Assembly: GCA_902774175.1 (NCBI GenBank)
Contig: CACYHG010000002.1
Location: forward strand, 27,297-91,296
Reading direction: 5' to 3'
Length of the DNA: 64,000 nt
From: an uncultured Bacteroidota bacterium
GTDB lineage: Bacteria; Bacteroidota; Bacteroidia; Bacteroidales; WCHB1-69
The notes under the pieces were generated by a model that was not told where the DNA came from, did not search any database, and worked only from the letters and a program-made list of their open reading frames with translations. The position numbers and the translations under genes are program-made. The number at the start of each line of letters is the position of its first letter. Within the stretch, counting starts at the first letter, position 1. Shown here piece after piece: positions 25,040 to 34,000 of this stretch.

Positions 25040-27280
25040 TTATCTTCCAGTCACCTTAACCGTGTTTGACGGTGTGGAGCGGCGGCCTTTGCCAAGGACA
25101 AGCTGCACGTAGTATTCGGCCTTGTCGCCGGGCTGCAGGCTGCTGTCGGTGAAGTCGGTCTCGCCGCGCTGAAAACTGCCAACCGCCTCGAAACCACCGT
25201 TGTTCAAGTTGCGGTAGATTACTCCGTAGTGGTCGTATTCGGAGCGGTAGTCGTAGCTCCATTTAAGGTTCACGCCTCCCTTCTTAACTTCACTTGTCAG
25301 CGAGATGTCCACCTTGACGGTTGGGCTGCCGTAAACATGCACGGTCACCTCGCCAGTCTTGCCGGAGGTGAGCCTGCTCTGGTCGAACACCTCAATGCAG
25401 TACTGGTATGCGGTGCGCGAAGGGACAGGGCTGTCGGTGAAGGTGATGGTGTCGCCCTTGAGCGAATCGGGGTAAAGCACCCGGATGCGCCGCCACTGCT
25501 GCTGGTTCTTCATCTTGCGGTAGATGTGATAGGAGGCCACATCGCTCGATGTGCTTTTCAGCCAGTGGATGGTTACGGATTCGTTATCCTCCGTGTGGTC
25601 AATCAGCAGCGCGACCCCGGGCGGCACAATGTCCGGCATGGGTATGGCGACGGTGTCGGAGGGCTCGGAGAGGTTGTGGCTGTTGTCCTCTGCTACCACA
25701 TAATAGTAACGGAAGGGGGAGAGGGTGTGCAGGTCGAGGGTGTCGAAGCAGTTGAGGCTGTCCTCAAGGATGCCGCCGGTAAGCTCCACAAAGTCGTGGT
25801 CCTCCTGGTTCGCGAAATAGACGCGGTAGCCGAGAACATCCTTTTCGGGATTCCGTTCCCACTGCAGGAAGACGATGCCGTTGCTGTCGGCCATGCCGTC
25901 AAGTCCCGTCGGTGGCGTGGGAGGCACCACATCCTCAATGTTGTTTATTAGGGCGAGGGAGTAGGAGATGTTGCCCGCCTCGTCAATGGCGAAGACGCGG
26001 TAGTAGCCGCGGCCCCGCTCCCCGGCCTGTTCGTCCACCCACTGCGTGGTTTTTGGCGGCAGGATGTCGGTGATGCGGCTCCATACGCCGTCCGGTTCGT
26101 CACAGAAGGTGACCACATATCCCTTAAAGTCGGGTTCAAGTGTGTCCTTGCCCCACTGCAGGGTGCAGATTTTGTTGTCGGTGGGCAGCGCGTAAATCAG
26201 CACCGGCGTGCCGGGCGGAATCAGGTCCACCATCTCGAAGGGTTCGGATTCCTTGGCGGGAGCGTAGTCGCCGAAAGCGTCAAAGCCGCTCACGCGGTAA
26301 CGGTAGCTTTTTTTCAGCTGCAGGGAGTCGCGGTAGACCACGTTGCCCGCCATAAGTTCGGCCAGCTCCCTGCCGAAAACCTCCTCGGTCTCGCGGTCGG
26401 GATCCTGTGCGAAGATTGGTATGTCGTTGATTTTTTTCCAGTTTTTGCCGCCGTCCTCGGAGCGTTCTATGAAGTAGCCGGAGAGCTTGTTGCGCGGCCA
26501 GTAGACCACGGCGGTGTAGCCGTCCGCCTGTTTCACGCCCACCTCAATCACCTTGAACTCGTCCGTGCGGACAAATGGCTCTGCTGGAACCATCACCATC
26601 ACGTCCGGCACCTCAAGCTCCTTTGTCGGTATAAGCGAGGATAGTGTGTAGACGTAGGTTGTGTTCTTTTGGATGTTGCGGTCCACGAAGCGCAGGCCGA
26701 GCGCGTCAGCCACTTCGGGATGTCCCTCCGCCGCAATGTAGGCGAGGAACTGCCGCTGGGTCTGCTCCTGGTTTTTCCGGAAGAGGTAGTTTGTCAGCTC
26801 CGAGTTCTGCTCAGTCACCTCCATGGCTGCCGGGCCGTAGAGTGCCTGCGCCGCCACACCCACATAGAGGTTGGTGCTGTCGTAGCGTTTCTGCATCTCC
26901 TCCAGCGTGAGCGGCACAATCGGTTTTGCGTTGAGCCGCTGCGACAATTCGGTTCCTCTCCCGCCATTTTCGGTCTGCTGCGCCGAATCGGATTGCAGGA
27001 TGGTTTCGTCAGGGCGGTCCCCATATTTCCCCTCATATTCCTTGGAGGTGAGTTCGCGGGAGACGTCCCATCCGAAGATGTTACCCATTATCCATACGGC
27101 GGCGTTGGTTGGAGCCCAGCGCAGCACGATGCTGTCGCCGTAGTTGCGGGCGATGACCTTCACCTCATAAAGCGGAGCTTTTTCCGCAGTGTCCGTGGCG
27201 GAAAGCGGTTCCTGCGCGGAGGCGTTCCCTCCCCACAGCAGCAGGACTCCCAAGCAAATGTGTTTCAATATGTTTTTCAT
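25040..27280 (-). CDS. Secreted 746-aa protein with several fibronectin-III-like repeats, function unknown
   Basis: Signal peptide MKNILKHICLGVLLLWGGNASAQ. About 90-aa modules recur, separated by PPG/PPT linkers (DLIPPGTPV, DVVPPTPPTG, DIVPPGVAL). Each module has W...Y.V/Y...D..GN.S patterns. There is no T9SS C-terminal domain. Confidence 0.7.
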   Translation of the reverse strand: MKNILKHICLGVLLLWGGNASAQEPLSATDTAEKAPLYEVKVIARNYGDSIVLRWAPTNAAVWIMGNIFGWDVSRELTSKEYEGKYGDRPDETILQSDSAQQTENGGRGTELSQRLNAKPIVPLTLEEMQKRYDSTNLYVGVAAQALYGPAAMEVTEQNSELTNYLFRKNQEQTQRQFLAYIAAEGHPEVADALGLRFVDRNIQKNTTYVYTLSSLIPTKELEVPDVMVMVPAEPFVRTDEFKVIEVGVKQADGYTAVVYWPRNKLSGYFIERSEDGGKNWKKINDIPIFAQDPDRETEEVFGRELAELMAGNVVYRDSLQLKKSYRYRVSGFDAFGDYAPAKESEPFEMVDLIPPGTPVLIYALPTDNKICTLQWGKDTLEPDFKGYVVTFCDEPDGVWSRITDILPPKTTQWVDEQAGERGRGYYRVFAIDEAGNISYSLALINNIEDVVPPTPPTGLDGMADSNGIVFLQWERNPEKDVLGYRVYFANQEDHDFVELTGGILEDSLNCFDTLDLHTLSPFRYYYVVAEDNSHNLSEPSDTVAIPMPDIVPPGVALLIDHTEDNESVTIHWLKSTSSDVASYHIYRKMKNQQQWRRIRVLYPDSLKGDTITFTDSPVPSRTAYQYCIEVFDQSRLTSGKTGEVTVHVYGSPTVKVDISLTSEVKKGGVNLKWSYDYRSEYDHYGVIYRNLNNGGFEAVGSFQRGETDFTDSSLQPGDKAEYYVQLVLGKGRRSTPSNTVKVTGR

Positions 27281-27461
27281 AATTTATTCTTGTGTAGGTT
27301 AATATGTTCAGTTTGAGTTGCGGTCCAATGTTCCTTTTACGCCATCTTTTATCATTGAGCGAAACACCATACATTTTTTTTGTCCATAAATAAGAAACGT
27401 GGATTGCCATGAAATATTTTGTAATTATACTCGTTTTTATCTGGAGCCAACATGATTTTCA

Positions 27462-28004
27462 TCATTTTATAACCGGAATCCAAGGCAATGAATTAGCTTC
27501 TTTACGAAACATCTCATAATAGGTATCTGGAGAAATCATTTTATCAACTGTTCCTTGCCCGACTTTTTGTAAAAAGGATTCCTTTTCTGAAAAACTGATT
27601 AATTTTTTTTCATGAATTTGCAGTAAAAACCATTTCTCAGACTGATAAAAACTGTAATTATTGACAGTATAGTGCAGTTCTCCCGCATGAAGATAAATAT
27701 TCAGACTGTCTCCATACATCAGGTCAATTTGAGGACAATCCCCACAGACAGTAGTATCCACATTCAATCCCAAAGTCCGTATAGTCCATCCCAGTTCTTC
27801 ATCTTTAAACATTTCTACGGGATTAATTATAGGAATCCGCGGATTTCTGTCAGATAAAGGACAGGTATAAAAAGTTGTTCGAGGTTCTCCATACATGTGT
27901 CCTGTTTCTTCGGTGTTAAAAAAAACATCCACAAAGTCACTCCATGTTTTTTTGCACCCACAAAAAGAAAGCATTATAATAATATATATAATTTTCTTTT
28001 TCAT
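27462..28004 (-). CDS. Small lipoprotein (180 aa) in a low-GC insert
   Basis: MKKKIIYIIIMLSFCGCKK has a lipobox. The gene and both flanking spacers are visibly AT-rich compared with neighbours. I recognise no family. Confidence 0.65.
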   Translation of the reverse strand: MKKKIIYIIIMLSFCGCKKTWSDFVDVFFNTEETGHMYGEPRTTFYTCPLSDRNPRIPIINPVEMFKDEELGWTIRTLGLNVDTTVCGDCPQIDLMYGDSLNIYLHAGELHYTVNNYSFYQSEKWFLLQIHEKKLISFSEKESFLQKVGQGTVDKMISPDTYYEMFRKEANSLPWIPVIK

Positions 28005-28052
28005 GATGGTATATATTTTTTGTTTAATTCAGATTCCCATTTGCCTCCTCCA

Positions 28053-31000
28053 TTAGAAACTGTAGTCGCTGCTTCTGTCGTAGAGCCGGAGCATTTCGCT
28101 TATCAGTATGGTCTGGAAGTATTTCTGTGAAATCTTGTAATACCACAGGTAGTTTGCATCATACATGTGGGTGAAGCGGAAGTTCAGCGCGTCCGCCTCC
28201 TTGCGGCTGACCATCTTTGCGATGCTCCCCAGATGATCCTCGGGCATGAAGATGTAGTATCTGTCCGGGTAGGCTTTCTCGTCGAAGGAGGTGTACAGTA
28301 TGTCCAGATAGACATATCGCAGGAAGCCGGGCGAGTAGGTGTAGTCGAACACATAGCTCTTTGGATGCAGCGTTCCGTTCATATCATACCAGTCTGAACG
28401 GTAGCTCTTGGAGGACTTGTCATCGTAAATTGCGGTGGCGATGCCGTCGTTGGTGCTGTACTTGAAGTTGTTGAAATGCCACCAGTAGCGGCCCCATGCA
28501 TAGTCTTTTATGTAGTATCCGTACTGGCTGACTTCACTCGGGAAGGAATAGCTCTTGCCCAATTTGTAGCTGCTGACATAGTAGCAGTACACCATTTTGT
28601 TGCTCATCTGGAAGAAGTGCGTAGGGATGTAGAGGAACGGCACCTTGTAGGGGAATCCGTCCACGGTGAAGCACTTGTCGTAGTTGCCGTTCTTCTGGTA
28701 GTAGCGGAGGTAGTCCCATTTGTGGCTGTAGCCGCGTCCGGTGAACCAGCGGGCATACCTGTTGCACTCCTGGAAGAAGTTGAACAGCTTGTCCACATCG
28801 TCGCAGATGGCCGGAATGGCGTGGTCCTCCCAGTAGAACGTCGAAGCCCAATTGCGGTTGTCGTAGGTGGAGGAGGAGAATCGCACCTCGTCCACTCTCG
28901 GGATGGTGCCGTTGGTGTACAGGGTGATGATGGAGGGTGCGCTCCAATCCTTCACGTTTCCATAACTGTCGAAGGAGCACTCCGGGAAATAGCTGGCGGG
29001 CTGGTAGGAGTAGGCTCCGGAGGAGACCGGGCGGCGATAGTCGATGGCCTTGAACTTGTCGGAGCTCTTCTTGAAGCCGGCGCTCAGCACATTCTGTGCA
29101 GCTGTGGCGTTGACCCCGCTGTTGTCCTTCCAGGTGCGCAGGCTGTTGGACGGGCTCTTTTCCCCATAGAAGGAGCATTCGCGTCTGGTGTTCTTGAAGG
29201 CGTTGCTCATTTTTACGAAATCGCCGGTCAGTACCTTGTGCCGGTAGAGCATCAGGTCGGTGGTGGCGCTCTTCTGCCGGTCGATGCAGAAATAGGCGAT
29301 GGGCGGCAGGACAATGCCGTTGGCATACATCTCAGGGTCGTCAGTTTCGTAAGGCACAAACAGGGTCATGAACTTGTTCATGCTGATCGGACAGCTCTGG
29401 CTCACATCGGTCCTGGTCGTGATGACCTCCGTGCTGACAACGGCGGACGATGGGTAGGCGGTGAGCCATGAATTCAGTTTGGAGGCGTTTTGCGAAATCA
29501 TGTCGCGGTAATTGCCGCTGACGGTGTGGAAATAGAGTGTGTAGATGGCGGTGCCGGACTGGTTGCAGAGCTTGAACTCGTTGAGCTGCGCCCGTTTGTA
29601 AAGCATGGCCGTGTCCTTGCTGCCATACGTGTTCTTGTAGTCGGTCATGGCCTGGAACTGCTTCTTCTCCACGTCGCTAAGCTGATAAGTCTTCTTCTCT
29701 GTGTACCATTTGCCGTCCTTTTTCTTTTTTACGGTGGTGGAGCGGTCGTCGATGTACTTCTGCTTCTCCTGGTCAAGGTTCCGTTTCTTAAGCTCGTTCT
29801 TGTATTTGACGGAGGCCTGCTGGTTGGACATGCTGTTTTCGGCCAGCGCGGCCTGCTTGTTCTTCTTGTATTCCTCGCTGTTGACCATGATCATCTTGAT
29901 CTTATAGTCGTAGCCGCTCTTTATGCTGCTCGGGAGGAACACCCGGATGCGCGGCAGTGAGCCGCTCTCAACATAGTCGAAATTGCATTCTGTGCCGGTC
30001 TGGCTGATTTCGCCGCCCTGCTTCACAAGGAACACGCGCAGCTCCTTGCCCTGCTTTTTCAGTTCGTTCTGGTTCAGCAGGTCCGGCCGCTTGTTGTTGA
30101 GGTAGATGTAGGCGGTGGGATGGCTCTTGCCGTCCTTTGAGCAATGGGCTGTCGGGAATTCATTGAGCGGGAAAATGCAGTCCCCGTTGTATGGCCATGT
30201 GTAGACAACCTGCCCCTTCAGCGTGGAGGGTTTGGCCTCGGTCACAAAATAGAAGGTGGTGTCCGCGCTGTATGCCTTCGAGTAGCGTTTGGCGTTCTTG
30301 CTGGTCTGGCCGTCGTTGAATTCGGGGTCGTACCAGTCGCAATTGTACTGGCTGTGGGTGGTCTTCTTCTTGAATGTTGTAAGGTTATATGGGAAGTCCG
30401 TCTTCGCGTTGGTCAGCTTGCTGTTGTAGGTGCGCCATTCGAACGCGCGTGCCTTAAGCCTGACCTTGTTCCATCTCGAGGCAGGGAATCCGCCGTCCTC
30501 ATGCTCGAAGTAATAGACATTCTCGTCCCGCGTACTGCGTTCAAATTCCATTTTCTGGTTTTTCCATGCACTGCCTTCGTATATCTGGTAGCTGATGTCG
30601 GGAGTCCACAGCACAAAGCGGAACCGGCGTGCCTTGGCGTCCTTCTCCTGTCCCTCCACAAGCACAACATCCTCGTCCCACGGCATGTTGGAGACAATGG
30701 CGCCGCGTGCGAATGGTGAGACGATGTTCGCCTCCTTGTTGGCATCCGCATAGGTGAAGGCGGGGGAGACGTTCTGGAACAGCTTCACGTTGGCCAACGG
30801 GTCGTCAGCTCCGGGGATGCAGACATCGCCCGCCTTGAAGTCCACGCTGGTGCTGATCTTGCAGAGCCCGTTGAGCAGGCTCACTTTCAGTTTCAACAGG
30901 CCGTATGCCCATGTGGGGTTGGGGGCGCCGCCCTCCAGCAGGGCGCCGATTCCGGCCTTCAGCAGCTCGATGTCGCCTTTCCAGAAACCGAGGTTCAGCC

Positions 31001-34000
31001 GCAGTCCGACCGATCCGGCCAGCATGGCATACACTCGCCCCATGGCGTAGAAGTTGTTCTTGCCGATCTGGGAGTAGCCCGCGCAACCGCTGTTGCCCAC
31101 ATCCAGCAGGGCCACGTCGAAACCGAGCGAGGCCATGATTTTCACATAGAGCAGGAAGGAGTACTCCATCTTGGCCTTGAAGGTGGCTCCCATGACAAAG
31201 CCGCCGCCATCCTTGATGGAAATCATGTTGGCGTTGCTCACCTTGCGGGCGTTGGACACCTTGTTCTCGTTCATGCCCTGGACATCCTTCCCCTTGTCCT
31301 TCTTTCCGAAAAAGAACTCCTGAACCTCGTCGTCCAATGGCGGCAGGGAGTAGGCGAAGGAGTTGCCGGTCATCAGGTACATGGTGAAGGTGGCCTTGCT
31401 GGTGAGTATGTCCAGAAGGTTGCTGCTCATTTCAAAGCGCACACATTCGTCCGCATTGGGCTTGCCGATGCTGAAATACCAGTCGGTGGTGTTCTTTTTC
31501 TTCCTGGTGCCGTTCTTGACCGTGTCCTTCTTGTAGTTCATCACCTCCAGGTCGATGGGCACATAAAGCGACATCTTCACGTCGAAGAAGTTGTTGTTCT
31601 TGCTGTCGGCGCCCTGTTTGGCGGAACCCTTGTAGTCCTTGTCGGTCGGCAGGCTGATGCCGGTGGCGTTGGTGATGGCCGCCCCGCCGTAGGAGACCGA
31701 TTTGGTCACCTTGTCCACAAAGTTGGGGACGGCGCTGCCGCCGGTGATGATGTTGGCAAGGGAGATGTCGGAGCTCACGCCCAATGAGAGGCGGAAGTAG
31801 TTGTAGGTTGCGGTCCGTTCGTAGCCGATGATGCCCTGTGCCTTCAGCAGGGCGTTGCTGTTGTTATTGCCGTCGCCGGCCGGAACATCCTTCTTGAATT
31901 TGGTCATGGCGTAGGCTGACACGTTCAGGAAGATGCCGGAGAAGTGTCCCTTGCTGATGCGCAGTGTGAGGTATCCGTCGGCATTGAGCAGGTTCTCGTT
32001 GGCCATCGCAAGGCTTACGCCCGCCTTTGCCACCCAGCTGCCCTTGCTGGGCTTGAAGGCCATGCCGGTCGACTGTATCATGTTGCCGCCAACCGATTTC
32101 TGTGTGGTGCTGTTGAGCAGCTTCTTTGCGTCGAAACTGGTGAGCGAGCTCTTGCTGTCCATGTTGTAGGCAAAACCGCCGCCCAGTCCGGTCAGGTTGA
32201 TGGGACCCAGCGGTATGCCGGTGCCGCTGAATTTGGCAGCGCCCTGGAAATACCACCAGTTGTATTTGGAGCCGTTGCTGGTTGAGGAGCCGAATCCGCC
32301 CTCCATATCCACGGTCACCTTGTCCATCATGGTGACGGCGAGCTTGCCGCTGAAGCCGTTGCCGTAGGTGGCGTCATTGCGGAAGAGGTAGAGCTTGCCC
32401 TTGAGGTGGAAGACGGTGAGGTCGGTGTTCAGCCCGATGGAATCGACTTCTCCGCCCACATTCGAGACCTCGAAGTCCTTTTTCAGGTTCACAACGCCCC
32501 ATATCTTGAACCCAGCCTCCGCACCGATGGCGAAGGTCTCCTTCTCCTCGCCGCCAAGTCCGCCGAAGCCGATTTTTCCGGCGATGGCGATGCCGATCTT
32601 CATCTTTTTGGTGTCCACCATCTCCGTGTATGGTTCCATGGTCTTCAGGCTGAAACTGAAGCCGCCGAAGCTGCCGGTGGCCACCTCGCCGTTGCCGTCG
32701 GAGGCTGCGCCGCCCATGGTCTTCTGCGGCGATGCCCATGACCATTCACCGAAGTCCCATTCAAAGCCGGAGGTCTTCACCCCCTTGTTCTCCGCCTTCT
32801 GGTAGTTATAATTGCGCATCCCCATGTGCTCGAACTTGACCAATGTGAAATTGACCGGCAGGTCGAGCTTGTTGAAGTCGATGTTGATCTTGCCGTTCAT
32901 GGTCAGGTCGAACTTGGTCTGCTTCTCCTTGAATGTCTTATGTATGAGGAAGTGGGAGGATTTGCTGTCGAAGATGACGTTGGCCGCCCACAAATCCAGT
33001 TTCAGGATGGAGTCGTCCACGAAGATGGTGAAGTCGAGGCTGTCGTGGGCAACGGCGCAGTCGTAGTTGAAGTCCCCCTTGAACAGAGGCACCCCGAAGC
33101 GTCCCCGTACATGCCCCATCTTGTATTTGTTTTTCTCGAAGTCCAGCTGGACGGTGTCAAGGGAGAACTTCCATCCGCCGCCCTTGTCGGTCTCCGCCCG
33201 AAGTATGTCGCGGGCGAAGATTTCGGCGCTGAAGCCGTTCTTGTCGATGATAAGCCCGTTGGTGCCGAAATGGATGCGGGTGCCGGGGTAGTAGTAGTGC
33301 GAGGAGTCGGTCAGCGTGCCGTTGATCCCGTACTTGTAAACCACCATCGAGTCTTTGGTGGCCTTGTCGTGGCCGGAGGTGTCCACAAAGGTGTTGCTTA
33401 TGTCGTCGGAGAGGAACACCTCGCAAAGGTCCCAGTAGAATCCGGTCCATTCCTTTTTGCTGCCCTGGAGTTTTTCATTCTCCTCCTTTTTCTTTTTGTT
33501 GTAAGCCTCTTTTTCAGATGCAGACATCTTCTTTACCTTCTCCTCCTCGGCCTTTTTCTCTTCGGCGGTCATCACCTTCTCGCCGAAATAGCCGGCGGGG
33601 AACTTCACGTCGGCAGGGGTCCGCTTTTGGGAATGGTCGTAGTAGATGCCCTTGCCGGCGGGGTAGAAGCTGAAGGTCTCGCAGCCGTCAATGGCGAAGG
33701 GATCCATGTTCACCTTGCCGTACCAGTCGCCCCATGAGGCGAAGTTGGCGGTGATGCTGGCATATACCGGCTTCTTCTCCGGTGTGCCGCTGGCCGGGTT
33801 GATGGCCATCAGCTCGCTGCCCATCTCGAACTCCAGCTGCACGTTCATCTCCTTGAATCCGCCGGTGTCGACCAGCAGGAATGTGCCGTCCTTGGGCACG
33901 CCCAGTGTGGTGGCGCGGCGGAAGCGGGTCTTGTAGCCGTCGGTCAGGTCGATGTCGTAGTTCTGGGCAAGGAACATGTAGATGCCTTTGCCGCACTCCT

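Noticed and set aside
27462-28400. Polymorphic-toxin C-terminus plus immunity pair
   Set aside because: The giant protein's last ~300 aa show no nuclease, deaminase, lipase or pore-former motif. They are compositionally continuous with the rest of the gene, with no low-GC swapped tip. Only the downstream gene is AT-rich. I kept this as a low-weight hypothesis in the findings.
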